DNA of 64,000 nt from an uncultured cyanobacterium. GTDB lineage: Bacteria > Cyanobacteriota > Cyanobacteriia > Cyanobacteriales > Nostocaceae. Made by a program: the position numbers and the translations under genes. The notes below the pieces were generated by a model. The model was not told the DNA's origin and made no database searches. It saw only the letters and a list, made by a program, of their open reading frames with translations. Shown one piece after another: positions 13,264 through 24,013 of the stretch. The stretch is taken from NCBI GenBank assembly GCA_963740315.1, contig CAVUDP010000002.1, positions 1,824,001 to 1,888,000 of the forward strand, in the 5' to 3' direction. Each line of letters starts with the position of its first letter. Position 1 is the stretch's first letter.

Positions 13264-13354
13264 ACAATTATCAATTATCAATTAACCTGCTACAATACGG
13301 CGCGAATAATTTATCAAGTTTAAATCTGTAAAAATTATATATCTAGCGGCTTAA

Positions 13355-13670
13355 CTAGTATTCCGCTACATTAGTTTTGCGCGGTTAACGCACTACGAAT
13401 GTGTTACCCATCAGTATTAATGAAAAGGAGTACTAGTAGTCCAAATCATTAATTCTGATAGGTTTGTAGTAAGAGCTTTAGCTCTAAATCCGGAGCGAGT
13501 ACGGCACGCACGTAGAACCTTATTGCCCCTCATAACTAATGTGGTGGACGTGGACCGCTAGTAGTGCATTTCATTAATTCCGACAGGTTCTACGCTCCGG
13601 ATTTAATCCTAAATCTGGAGGGCTGAAGCCCTTACTACGAACCTATTTGAATTAATGCAACCGAATACTA
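13355..13670. mobile_element. Three MITE-like units in tandem joined at CTAG
   Basis: CTAG at 13355, 13433 and 13558 and CTA at 13668; each unit has imperfect terminal inverted repeats (CTAGTA..CATTA(A/G)TT...AA(T/C)TAATG..TACTA). Confidence 0.65.
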
Positions 13671-13789
13671 TTCGCTTAAATATAAATTAGGAATTCATTT
13701 ATTTTAAGAGAAAAATGATTTTTAGCCCATTGGAATGGGAGTTACATTTATAGCCTGTTATCGAGGATAGACAAACTAGCAATTATTGA

Positions 13790-14569
13790 ATGCAATTATT
13801 TAATATTTATCGACCATTAATTAAGCCACTACCATTAATCGCAAATATTCCTCATAGTGGCTTATTTGTTCCCGAAGATATTGCCGCTCAATTTACAACC
13901 GAACATCTTAAATCTCTACCTAATAGTGATTGGCATCTCGACAAACTTTATGATTTCCTTCCTGATTTAGGAATCACAGTTTTACAAGCTACCCATAACA
14001 GATACGTTGTTGATTTGAATCGTCAAGCAAAAAAACCTTTTTTCGGCTCTTTTTGGTCTTCAGTTATCCCAGAAACTACGGCATTTAATCAGCCTATTTA
14101 TCAAAATAAACCGACCTTAGAACAGATTGAAGAACGAATAGAAAAATACTATTTTCCCTATCACAATCAATTAAAATCGCTGATTCAAGAGAAAATAGAT
14201 GAGTTCGGCAAAGTTTATCTCTTAGATTTACATAGTTTTTGCGGATTAATAGATGACGATATTTGTTTGGGTAACGTAAATAATCAAACTTGTTCGGAGT
14301 TGCTAATTTCAACTGTAGAAAAATGCTTTAACAGTCAAGGTTTGCAGGTAGTTAGGAATAAAACTTTTACGGGAGGATATATTACAAGACACTATGGTGA
14401 GATACCGGCAGTAGAAACCCTTCAGATTGAAGTTCGCTATCATGTTTATTTGCGGGAAAATCAACTAGATAAATTAGAACCTCCTAATTATGATGTAATT
14501 GAGTTTGAAGCAGCTAAAAATAAATTTTATGCTATTTTTGATCGCATTGTTAGCAAGCTTTTTTATTGA
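13790..14569 (+). CDS. N-formylglutamate amidohydrolase family protein
   Basis: PHSG, DW, RYVVDLNR, PYH, DLHS, GGYITRHYG, LQIEV motifs. Confidence 0.88.
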   Translation: MQLFNIYRPLIKPLPLIANIPHSGLFVPEDIAAQFTTEHLKSLPNSDWHLDKLYDFLPDLGITVLQATHNRYVVDLNRQAKKPFFGSFWSSVIPETTAFNQPIYQNKPTLEQIEERIEKYYFPYHNQLKSLIQEKIDEFGKVYLLDLHSFCGLIDDDICLGNVNNQTCSELLISTVEKCFNSQGLQVVRNKTFTGGYITRHYGEIPAVETLQIEVRYHVYLRENQLDKLEPPNYDVIEFEAAKNKFYAIFDRIVSKLFY

Positions 14570-14701
14570 TTAAAATTAAAATAATCCTTTTTCTATTTGA
14601 GATACCTAAATGAACCCCAAAACACTATCGCGATCGAGATTATATTAAAACAAAATTGTGCCACAATATAAACTAGATTTTGCTGCCAATAGTGAGGAGT
14701 T

Positions 14702-14896
14702 TTGCTTGTGAGTCGTCGTCCTAATCTTGCCGTTACCACTCTTTTATATGTTGCTGGTTCTTTATTAGTAGTTCTGGCTATAATTCTTTTATTACAAGCG
14801 TTTGGAATATTTCAATTTCCTCAAGAGGCAATTTGGGCATTAGTGCTGTTAGCGATCGGTGCGGGAATTTTGTCCGCTATTAGCCGTAGTTCGTAG
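14702..14896 (+). CDS. Small two-TM membrane protein
   Basis: Two hydrophobic helices, GAGGAG RBS upstream (true start may be GTG at 14708). Confidence 0.65.
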   Translation: MLVSRRPNLAVTTLLYVAGSLLVVLAIILLLQAFGIFQFPQEAIWALVLLAIGAGILSAISRSS

Positions 14897-15238
14897 ATAA
14901 ATAACATAGCATCTTACACGTATTCGATCCTTTTACCGTTTAAGATTACTAATAATAGATACACTACTCGCTAAAAAGAATAAGTAATTGATGGGAAAGG
15001 TAATTGAATTAAATTAAATTTAATCTTTAAAGCAGCAAATGGAAAGCAAAAAAGACCCGAATTTCTCTTTTCCACTTGCTGTTATTTTCAAATATAAACA
15101 GAATTTGCAAAACAATCTTAATTTTAATCGGTTAAATTTCGGTAAGATTATAAAGTTAGCAATATAAGACAGTTGTATTAATGTAACGAGGCATATTGCT
15201 GCATTGCTACGACTTGTATTTTAATCCGTACCACGTCC

Positions 15239-17599
15239 ATGACAACAACCACTGACTTTCTGAGTCACCTCAATCCCCATCAACGTCGCGCTGTCGAGCA
15301 TTTTTGCGGTCCCTTGCTAGTTGTTGCTGGCGCGGGATCTGGAAAAACACGAGCGTTGACTTATCGCATTGCTAACTTAATTACCGAACATAAAGTTAAT
15401 CCTGAAAATATCCTGGCAGTTACTTTTACCAATAAAGCCGCACGGGAGATGAAAGAACGTATTCAAAAGCTATTTGCCCAACAAATGGCGCTCTCCGAGT
15501 ACGGCGAACGTTACGATTTATTACCGGAATACGACCAGGTAAAGCTAAGATCGAAAGTTTATAAGCATATTATCAAAGACTTGTGGTGCGGTACTTTTCA
15601 TAGTTTACTTTCTCGCATTCTTCGCTTTGATATTGATAAATATGTAGATGAGAAAGGACGCACTTGGAAGCGCAATTTTTCGATTTTTGATGAATCTGAT
15701 GCCCAAAGTTTGGTGAAGGAAATTGTTACCAAGCAGCTAAATCTCAGCGATAAAAAATTTAACCCCCGTACCGTTCGCTACGCTATTAGCAACGCCAAAA
15801 ATCAGGGTTTATCACCGCAAGAATATGAAAAGGAAGAACCCAATTATAAGGGAAGAGTAATTGCAGAAGTTTACAGTTGCTATCAAGACAAGTTAGCAGA
15901 AAACAACGCTCTTGATTTCGACGATTTAATTTTGGTTCCAGTAAGATTGTTTCAGCAAAACGAGCAAGTTTTGGGTTACTGGCATAGTAAATTCCGCCAT
16001 ATTTTGGTAGATGAATATCAAGACACAAACCGTACTCAATATCAATTGATTAGTTTGCTATCGACTTATGGAGAACAGAAAAGTCAATGGAATTGGCAAA
16101 ACCGTTCTGTTTTTGTAGTCGGCGATGCGGATCAATCAATATACTCTTTCCGAATGGCTGACTTTACGATTTTGCTGGACTTTCAGCAAGATTTTGGTGA
16201 TGCTTTAGAAGATGATGATACCCGTTCGATGGTTAAATTAGAAGAAAACTATCGTTCCTGCGAAAATATTCTTGAAGCTGCAAACCACTTAATTGAAAAT
16301 AACACCCAGCGGATTGATAAAGTTCTCAAACCAACGCGGGGTCAAGGCGAACAAATATTTTATTTTAAAGCAGAAGATGAAGTAGCCGAAGCTAATTTTG
16401 TTATTAATAAAATTCGTTCTTTAGAACAAGAAAATCCCGATTTGAACTGGGGAAGTTTTTCAATTCTTTATCGTACCAATGCTCAATCTCGTCCGTTTGA
16501 AGATATGTTGGTACGAAACTCCATTCCCTATACTGTAGTCGGGGGATTAAAGTTCTACGATCGCAAAGAAATTAAAGATGTCCTGGGTTATTTAAGAGCG
16601 ATCGCCAACCCCGCAGATACTGTAAGTTTATTAAGGGTAATTAATACACCCAGACGCGGTATTGGTAAAGCTACCATCGAAAACCTCAGAAACGCCGCTC
16701 AGGAATTAGGTGTAAGTTTGTGGGAAATACTGAGTGATGATACATCAGTTAATACCTTAGCTGGGCGTTCGGCTAAATCGGTAAATAACTTTGCCAAAAT
16801 GATTGGTCGCTTCCAGCAAGAAGTTGAAAATATAAGTGCTTCGGAGATTTTGCAAACTGTTTTAGAAGAATCCGGTTACGTGCAAGATTTACAAAACCAA
16901 GGAAACGACGAAGCAGAAGATAGAATACGTAACGTCGGGGAACTTTACAACGCAGTCCGTCAATATGAAGAAGAAGCAGAACAAGATGCTTCTTTAGCAG
17001 GATTTCTCGCCAGTACCGCTCTAAGTTCCGATTTGGATAACGTCAAAGAAGGACAAAGCGCGGTATCTTTAATGACCTTACACTCTTCCAAAGGACTAGA
17101 ATTTCCCGTAGTCTTCTTAGTCGGATTAGAGCAAGGATTATTTCCCAACTATCGTTCCATGGACGACCCCGCCGCCTTAGAAGAAGAACGTCGTTTATGT
17201 TACGTCGGTATTACTCGTGCTAAAGAAAGATTGTTTTTATCCCACGCACGAGAACGCAGGCTGTATGGAACCCGCGAACCAGCAATGCGATCGCAATTCC
17301 TCGACGAGTTGCCCACAGAACTATTAGCTACTCAATACCCCCGTAGCGTTACTTATACAAACAATGGCGGTAGGACAGATGCTACTTACGATAATGGTTT
17401 TGATAATACAAATAAAGACAACCCAACCGCAAACGTAAATTGGCAAGTTGGCGATCGCGTAATGCACAAATCATTTGGAGCGGGTGAAATAACTCATATT
17501 TTTGGTGGAGGTAATAAAGTTTCCGTAGCCATTAAATTCCCCGGTTTAGGTCAGAAAATCATCGACCCCAGAGTTGCTAAGTTGCAAAAAATGGAATAA
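15239..17599 (+). CDS. pcrA: ATP-dependent DNA helicase PcrA/UvrD
   Basis: AGAGSGKT, VDEYQDTN, VGDADQSIY, LEENYRS, HSSKGLEF, EERRLCYVGITRA; C-terminal Tudor-like domain. Confidence 0.95.
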   Translation: MTTTTDFLSHLNPHQRRAVEHFCGPLLVVAGAGSGKTRALTYRIANLITEHKVNPENILAVTFTNKAAREMKERIQKLFAQQMALSEYGERYDLLPEYDQVKLRSKVYKHIIKDLWCGTFHSLLSRILRFDIDKYVDEKGRTWKRNFSIFDESDAQSLVKEIVTKQLNLSDKKFNPRTVRYAISNAKNQGLSPQEYEKEEPNYKGRVIAEVYSCYQDKLAENNALDFDDLILVPVRLFQQNEQVLGYWHSKFRHILVDEYQDTNRTQYQLISLLSTYGEQKSQWNWQNRSVFVVGDADQSIYSFRMADFTILLDFQQDFGDALEDDDTRSMVKLEENYRSCENILEAANHLIENNTQRIDKVLKPTRGQGEQIFYFKAEDEVAEANFVINKIRSLEQENPDLNWGSFSILYRTNAQSRPFEDMLVRNSIPYTVVGGLKFYDRKEIKDVLGYLRAIANPADTVSLLRVINTPRRGIGKATIENLRNAAQELGVSLWEILSDDTSVNTLAGRSAKSVNNFAKMIGRFQQEVENISASEILQTVLEESGYVQDLQNQGNDEAEDRIRNVGELYNAVRQYEEEAEQDASLAGFLASTALSSDLDNVKEGQSAVSLMTLHSSKGLEFPVVFLVGLEQGLFPNYRSMDDPAALEEERRLCYVGITRAKERLFLSHARERRLYGTREPAMRSQFLDELPTELLATQYPRSVTYTNNGGRTDATYDNGFDNTNKDNPTANVNWQVGDRVMHKSFGAGEITHIFGGGNKVSVAIKFPGLGQKIIDPRVAKLQKME

Positions 17600-17600
17600 C

Positions 17601-17944
17601 AGCGAGCAGTGAGCAGTGAGCAGTGAGCAGTGAATAATTACTGAACACGTATTATTCTTATTTTCTCATTGAGTCTGAATTCTCATCTTGAAATTAATTT
17701 CAAGCCTAATATGAAAAGTGCGTTCAAACGCTCTAAAAACTTTATTTAATCGTCTTAATACGACTTTCGCTATTAGACTCTTAATTGCATTCCTCGGCGG
17801 TGTTAATAATAGTGCAAGATATGAATAATAACCAACAACAGCCAACCCTAAACCCAAACTATTAAATTATTAATCAATTAAAAATGATTCATTGATAATT
17901 GTTCACTGCTCGCTGGTTACTGGTCACTGCTCACTGTTCACTGT
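17601..17944. repeat. Inverted heptamer tracts (AGTGAGC / GCTCACT) enclosing a hairpin REP-like element at the convergent pcrA-adh junction
   Basis: The core at about 17685-17800 (minus strand CCGCCGAGGAATGCAATTAAGAGTCTAATAGCGAAAGTC) resembles the element at 56659-56858. Confidence 0.6.
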
Positions 17945-18946
17945 TCACTGCTTTAAAATCAACCGATAACGAACCTTACCATTACGTAATTTTTCAAGTG
18001 CTTCATTCACTTGGTGAAATTTAAATACTTCAACAACAGGTTTAATTTGATGCTCTGCTACAAAATCAAGCATTTGAGTAATAGTATTTGGGCTACCTAC
18101 TGGACTACCAGAAACGGATTTTTGTCCATCTAATAACAGCAAAACTGGAAACGAAATTGGATTGGGAACTCCTCCCACAAAATGCAATCTTCCCTGGGGA
18201 CGTAAAGCTTTAATATAAACATTCCAATCGAGGTCAGCATTAACTGTTGACACAATTAAATCGAAAGAATCCTCTACTGCTTGAATAGCTTCGCGATTGC
18301 GAGAGTGAATAAAGTGGTCGGCTCCTAATTCTCTAGCATCGGCTTCCTTATTTGGATTGCTAGAAAATGCCGTGACCTCACAGCCCCAAGCATGAAAAAA
18401 CTGAATTGCGAGATGTCCCAGACCTCCAATACCAATAATTCCCACGCGATCGCTGGGTTTGATATCAAACTGAACTATGGGATTAAAAACTGTTACTCCC
18501 CCACAAAACAGCGGACCAGCCGATACAGAATCAATTCCATCAGGAAGCGGAATAACCCAAGTTCGATCGGCGCGAACCTTATCCGCAAAGCCACCATAAC
18601 GACCAACAATAGTTTGCTCTGCTTGACGACAAAAATTGTGGTCGCCTGCTTGACACCATTCACAAGTCATGCAAGAACCTGAATACCATCCCAAACCGAC
18701 ACGCTGAGAAACCTTGAGATTTTCGACACCATTTCCAACAGCACTGATAGTACCAATAACTTCATGACCTGGAACCAAAGGATATTCAGTCCCTCCCCGC
18801 TCATTATCGAGCATGGTTAAATCGCTGCGACAAACCCCACAGAATTCGACATTAATCTCAACTTCTTCATCTCCCAAAGCTCCTGGTTCGTACTCAAAAG
18901 ACTTAAGTTCTCCACCAGATTCATAAGCAGCTAATGCTTTAATCAT
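17945..18946 (-). CDS. Zn-dependent NADPH aldehyde reductase / cinnamyl-alcohol dehydrogenase family (Ahr-like)
   Basis: GHEVIG, structural Zn CxxCxxC...C, GPLFCGGVTVF, GIGGLGH. Confidence 0.9.
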   Translation of the reverse strand: MIKALAAYESGGELKSFEYEPGALGDEEVEINVEFCGVCRSDLTMLDNERGGTEYPLVPGHEVIGTISAVGNGVENLKVSQRVGLGWYSGSCMTCEWCQAGDHNFCRQAEQTIVGRYGGFADKVRADRTWVIPLPDGIDSVSAGPLFCGGVTVFNPIVQFDIKPSDRVGIIGIGGLGHLAIQFFHAWGCEVTAFSSNPNKEADARELGADHFIHSRNREAIQAVEDSFDLIVSTVNADLDWNVYIKALRPQGRLHFVGGVPNPISFPVLLLLDGQKSVSGSPVGSPNTITQMLDFVAEHQIKPVVEVFKFHQVNEALEKLRNGKVRYRLILKQ

Positions 18947-18986
18947 TTTTCTAAATTAATTTTTGCAACCTGATGTTTAAAAAAAT

Positions 18987-19049
18987 AGGTTCGTAGTAAG
19001 GGCTGTCTTGCCTAAATCCGGAGGGAAGACAATCATTATTAGGAACCTT
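18987..19049. repeat. GTAG-type REP-like palindrome (degenerate)
   Basis: AGGTTCGTAGTAAGGGC...AGGAACCT, same family as the cargo of the CTAG elements. Confidence 0.55.
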
Positions 19050-19091
19050 ATCACATACATCTTTTCCCTGTTCCGTTTTTAGCCCTCTTCC

Positions 19092-20477
19092 CTACTTCCC
19101 TATAAGAATATCTCGTGCAGCAATTAAAGCTTTGATTCCACCTTGATTAAATATTTCGCTGGCTTCCATAGCTGGGTTTTGTTTACTAATTAATCGCTGT
19201 TGTAAAGGCTGTAAATAAACCTCTTCGCCAAGTCCGCGACGTTCTAACCCCAACATTGCTAATTCCAACATTCGCCCAGCCATATCAGCTAATGCAATAC
19301 CTTTGACTTTTGCATCTAGACCTTCTCTCATTGCAGCTTCTCGCATCAACTTTAGAGTAGACCATTGGAATTGATTTAACTCTTCCTGAGCTTCTGGTAA
19401 AGCTTTGAGCAAACCCAAACTCAGAGCAGCAGGACAGGCTAAATTACCAGGAACTTGTTGGTCGCACAATCGATTCTCGACGGTAAAGTAGCGAGAGATG
19501 CGAGCGGTGAACCAATAAAATGAGTTGTGCAACTTAATATCTTTTACTTCGGGATAGACAACTACTTCTTCTCCCGATAAATATTTTCCTGTTGCTGAAG
19601 AACATTCGTAGTAGTCCTCAAAGGTTGGATAGTTGCTGATTAGAATTGGGGTTTCATTCCTTTGTACGTAAAGAGGTCGCAATTTAGCAATAGTATTTCC
19701 ATAGTCTTCTATGTCTGTAAAACGCTTACTAGGAAGTCCGACTCGTGCTTCATCTAGCATCCACCAATCCCAAAACTTTTCTGCAACACATTGATAGTCA
19801 GAATCAACTTTTCCTTGCCATACACTGGAGTTCCCCATCAAAGCAATTTGCGCTCCAGCAAAACCGTTGAAAACATTGGTTATTCCTACAGCTTCTTCAG
19901 CGGAAGATACGCTCAAATGTACGTGAGAGCCGGAATTTACTGTAAACAAATGAAGTCCCGGACGAGGTTTATCATTAACCATCTCTCCTTCTGGAAATAG
20001 AGTATCCCAAGCCAATGTTCTTTGCTTGGCAATTAACAATTCCGGACTTGGTGCAGATACTGGATGAATTCCACAACCGAGGAAGCTAACCTGATGTTCG
20101 TTTGCAAAGGGGATTAATTCTGCTAGCAGCGCATCAATTTGTTGAGTCAGAGCATTTAAATCTCCAACATGAGCTAGAGAAAATTCTATTTTGCAAAATC
20201 CAGTTTCACAAGAAGCTAGGGTATCGTTATATTCTCCAGGTTTACTTGCTCCTACTACCTGCTTAGTTATGGGGTCTACAACTGCTTCCCAACCGCGATT
20301 GATTAAATAAGACCACAGAGCTTGGACGGTTTCTAATTTAACCGCACATCCATTGTTCTGTTCTACCAAGGGAAATTTTAATTCAGTCCCAATCCGCTGT
20401 CCGGAGACCGATTTGGGTTTATCTAATCCTTGCTGAAGATATTCGTATATTTGCAACGCTGCGACAGATTCCATCAA
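19092..20477 (-). CDS. Glutamate-cysteine ligase family 2 (GCS2/EgtA/YbdK-like) gamma-glutamyl ligase, distinct from gshA
   Basis: IGTELK (GxExE-like), CETGFCKIEFS, SGSHVHLS, WFTARI...TVENRLCDQQ; 8 bp downstream of proA with a GAGG RBS. Confidence 0.75.
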   Translation of the reverse strand: MMESVAALQIYEYLQQGLDKPKSVSGQRIGTELKFPLVEQNNGCAVKLETVQALWSYLINRGWEAVVDPITKQVVGASKPGEYNDTLASCETGFCKIEFSLAHVGDLNALTQQIDALLAELIPFANEHQVSFLGCGIHPVSAPSPELLIAKQRTLAWDTLFPEGEMVNDKPRPGLHLFTVNSGSHVHLSVSSAEEAVGITNVFNGFAGAQIALMGNSSVWQGKVDSDYQCVAEKFWDWWMLDEARVGLPSKRFTDIEDYGNTIAKLRPLYVQRNETPILISNYPTFEDYYECSSATGKYLSGEEVVVYPEVKDIKLHNSFYWFTARISRYFTVENRLCDQQVPGNLACPAALSLGLLKALPEAQEELNQFQWSTLKLMREAAMREGLDAKVKGIALADMAGRMLELAMLGLERRGLGEEVYLQPLQQRLISKQNPAMEASEIFNQGGIKALIAARDILIGK

Positions 20478-20485
20478 TTACCTCA

Positions 20486-21769
20486 TTAAAACTTTTCAGG
20501 TGCTGTTGTAGCAGCAGCAAGAAAATCGCCACCCATAGTATGACCCGAACCCCGAACTACAAATTTATAACTGGTTAATTCCTGTAATCCCATAGGTCCG
20601 CGAGCGTGCAATTTTCCAGTCGCAATACCAATTTCAGCCCCCATACCTAAAGTATCGCCATCGCAGAACATTGTAGAAGCGTTTACCAATACCACCGCAG
20701 AATCAACTAGATCGACAAACTGTTCGGCTCGACTTTGACTATCGGTAACGATCGCGTCGGTATGATGCGAACCAAATTGATTAATATGGGAAATTGCTTC
20801 ATCTACATTGTCTACCATCCGAATCGACACCTTAAGGTCAAGATACTCCGTCGTCCAATCTTCTTCTGTTGCTGCTTCAACTTCAGGAACGCTATTGCGA
20901 ACCCTAGCGCAACCTTTTACCTCTACGTGATTATCTTGAAATGCTTTGATAATTGTATTTAGCTGCGGTTCAAAAGAACGATGAATTAATAGAGTTTCCA
21001 TCGCATTACAAACAGATGGCATCAAACACTTTGAATCTAAGGCAATTTCTAAAGCTTGATGCAAATCGGCTGCTCGATCAATATAGACATGACAAACACC
21101 GTTGTAGTGTTTCAAGACCGGAATTTGAGAATTTTTACTAACTGTTTCGATTAATTTTGTTCCACCACGAGGAATCACCAAATCGATAAAATTATCAAGC
21201 TGTAATAACTGATTAATTTCTTCGTGAGAACCACTTACTACCTGTATCGTCTCAGTAGGTAAACCCGCATCAGCTAAAGCAGTCTCCCACAATTCTCCTA
21301 ATTTTTGATTGCAGGTTTTCGCTTCCGAACCTCCCCGCAAAATAGCAGCATTTCCTGACTTCAAACAAAACGATCCTGCATTAACGGTGACATGAGGACG
21401 AGCCTCGTAAATCATCAAAATCACCCCTAAAGGAACTCGCATCCGACAAGCCTTAAGTCCGTTAGAACTTGTTATCGGCTCGAATAACTGTCCCACAGGA
21501 TCTGGTAAATTGGCAATTTTGTGTAGCGCTGCAATACGAGAATTAATTTTGGCATCAGACCATTGCAACCGAGCAATTAAATTCTCTGGCAGATTATTTT
21601 TTTTAGCTGCACTTACATCAGCTTGATTCGCAGCGACAATATCCCTACGATGAGTATCTAACAGTTTTGCCATTTTCAACAGAACTGCGTTTTTTTGTTC
21701 CGTTGGTGTATTAGCAATAATAGATGCACACTTTTTTGCAGATTGAGCGATGTTTTTAATTGTATTCAT
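20486..21769 (-). CDS. proA: Gamma-glutamyl phosphate reductase (glutamate-5-semialdehyde dehydrogenase)
   Basis: VPLGVILMIYEARP, LKSGNAAILRGGSEA, IPRGG, catalytic CNAMETLL, SHHTDAI, HARGPMG. Confidence 0.92.
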   Translation of the reverse strand: MNTIKNIAQSAKKCASIIANTPTEQKNAVLLKMAKLLDTHRRDIVAANQADVSAAKKNNLPENLIARLQWSDAKINSRIAALHKIANLPDPVGQLFEPITSSNGLKACRMRVPLGVILMIYEARPHVTVNAGSFCLKSGNAAILRGGSEAKTCNQKLGELWETALADAGLPTETIQVVSGSHEEINQLLQLDNFIDLVIPRGGTKLIETVSKNSQIPVLKHYNGVCHVYIDRAADLHQALEIALDSKCLMPSVCNAMETLLIHRSFEPQLNTIIKAFQDNHVEVKGCARVRNSVPEVEAATEEDWTTEYLDLKVSIRMVDNVDEAISHINQFGSHHTDAIVTDSQSRAEQFVDLVDSAVVLVNASTMFCDGDTLGMGAEIGIATGKLHARGPMGLQELTSYKFVVRGSGHTMGGDFLAAATTAPEKF

Positions 21770-22261
21770 AGTTTTGAATCAGTTAATCTTATGTTAAAAC
21801 TGATTAATTTTTTCGCTTTCAATGATTTAAGAGCATATTTGGAAAGTCTATGAGCAAATACAATTTGTTCGAGTTTATAAACATAACTTTGGTAACTCTT
21901 ACAAATAAATCATCTTTTAATTACTTAATTTTTTAAGTATCATCTTTTGAAACAATTCCCAAGTATTTTATAATCACTTAACATTTGCTGTTTCTCTTCG
22001 CAAATAAATATAAAAAGCATGAAAATTAGGATAAATAAAAAAATAAAAAGTATCAGAAATAGTCTAGGCTTTAAAACCCATATTCTGCACCCTTAAGCCT
22101 CAAACATAGATTAGTGTTTGTAAAAGTCATTTAAAATAAGATTGTAACACCACATTGTAAAAAAATGATAGGTTTATTATTTGCAATAAGACCTATCGAA
22201 GATATCACTTAATTTTAACAGTTCACTGTATGTCCCTCCGAGACACGCTGAGCTAACGCTG

Positions 22262-23384
22262 TTAATTAATATCTCGTCTTACTCTTTCCCAGTTATTAGC
22301 TTCTTTAATTTGCTGTTCGGTGAAATTTTTAGTTTGTGAAAAGTCAGCTATATCCAAGTCAGCATCTTTGAAATTAGTTCCTTTGAGATTGGCTCTCGAA
22401 AGGTTTGCTCCTTGAAGATTAGCGTTTTCTAAGTTGCTTTCTTCAAGGTTAGCTGCTTCTAAATTCGCTCTATAAAGGTCTGCAAATTGTAGCATTGCCG
22501 ATTCTTAAGTCTGCTAATTTTAAGTTGGCTTTTTGTAAATCGGCTTTTTGCAAATTAGCTCCAACTAACTTAGCTGATTGAAGATTGGCTCTGTAAAGGT
22601 AAGCTACTTGTAAATCTGCTCGATGCAAATCTGCTCTGTAAAAAAGCGACTCGGAGATTAGCATCCAATAAATCGGCTTCGTCAATATGACTGAATCGTA
22701 AGTCTGCTGCTTCTAAGTCTGCTGCTTTAAGATTCGCTTTACGAAGGTTTGCTTTTTGCAAATTCGCTCTTGTTAGTTTCGCGCAACTTAGATCGGCTTT
22801 TTCTAAGTTCGCTTCTTCAAAGTTCGTAACTACAACTTCTTCAGATTCAATTAATTCTGTTAAATCCGCTGCAATAAAATTAGCTTCTTTCAAATTAGCT
22901 TTATAAAAGTTAGCTCCTTGAAGGTTGGCTTCTTGAAAAATTGCAGCTTCTAGATTTGCTTCTTGAAAATTAGCTTTGGCTTCCGTGAGATTAGCCTGTT
23001 CCATTACAGCTTCCCAAAGATTTGCTTGTTCTAAATTGGCTCCCTGTAAATTGGCTCCTTGAAGATTTGCTGATTTGAGATTTGCTGCTTTTAAAATAGC
23101 TCCCCGCAGGTCAGTTTCTATCAAGTTTGCCTTATACAAAATAGCTTCCATTAAGTTTGCTTCTTGCAAGTCGTATTTACTTAAATTACGACCTTCTAAT
23201 GGTTGATTTACTATTTGCCAAACTAGTCTCCACTTATCTTCAATTTGTGTATCACTGTTAATTTGACAAAAGTAGCTCCTTCAAGGTTGGCATTAGTAAA
23301 ATCTGCTTTTCGCAAGTCTTTATGGTCGAAGTTTTCAAAAGCTTTATCTTGACCTTTAAAAGATAGGGAATTTTCGTCGTACAT
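22262..23384 (-). pseudogene. Pentapeptide-repeat protein broken by about three frameshifts
   Basis: ATG 23384 (MYDENS...ADFTNANLEGATF) shifts near 23270 into INSDTQIEDKWRLVWQIVNQ and A(D/N)LxxA repeats; further shifts near 22640 and 22500 link the three ORF-track fragments. Confidence 0.8.
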
Positions 23385-23639
23385 ATCTCAGTAATAGATG
23401 AGCCTACACCGAAAATTTTGATACATAATCCCAATTAAATCAGCCTACCTTGAATACAAATAAGGTAAATGGGTATTGGGCATCGAGAATAAAAAGTTAG
23501 GAGTTAAAAGCTAGGAATTTTCTTCCCCCTCTTCCCCCTCTCCCCCTCTCTTTACAAAAACCGCAAAATAGCCCTTGTCAACCTCTATTAACTAAACGTA
23601 ACAAAAATGTTGATTTTATTTACATAGGTTAATAAAACA

Positions 23640-23909
23640 ATACTAAATTAGCTGGCGCTGATTTAACAGGCGTTAACGAAGGCTAACTCCAATCTTGCTG
23701 GCGCTAATCTCACGGGTGCAATTTTAAGTTCTTCAGATTTGTATAAAGTTAATTTAAGCAAAGCTATTTTAGCTAGAGTTGATATCAGCAATACACATCT
23801 GGCTGGTGTCAACTTAAAGCAAGCAGAATTATATAATGCTAAAATCAGCGAGAGTAATTTATCTTCTTCACTTGAAAGAATTTGCTTAGATAACTGTGGT
23901 TTAGAGTAA
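23640..23909 (+). pseudogene. Pentapeptide-repeat gene remnant
   Basis: Manual translation gives TKLAGADLTGVN / SNLAGANLTGAILSSSDLYKVNLSKAILARVDISNTHLAGVNLKQAELYNA...*; no start codon, one frameshift. Confidence 0.65.
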
Positions 23910-24013
23910 ATTACTAACTTTCATATTATCAGGAGTAATCTTTGTGCAAAATGGCTTCTTAATTGTCGCTGACGAAAAGACTTTTGAGGTAATTATTAGC
24001 AGCGATCCAACAA

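Noticed and set aside
17666..17857. 63-aa ORF between pcrA and the dehydrogenase
   Set aside because: Most of it overlaps a REP-like hairpin element; no RBS or recognisable motif.
21828..21962. Possible MITE upstream of proA
   Set aside because: The terminal inverted repeat similarity is too weak to support a call.
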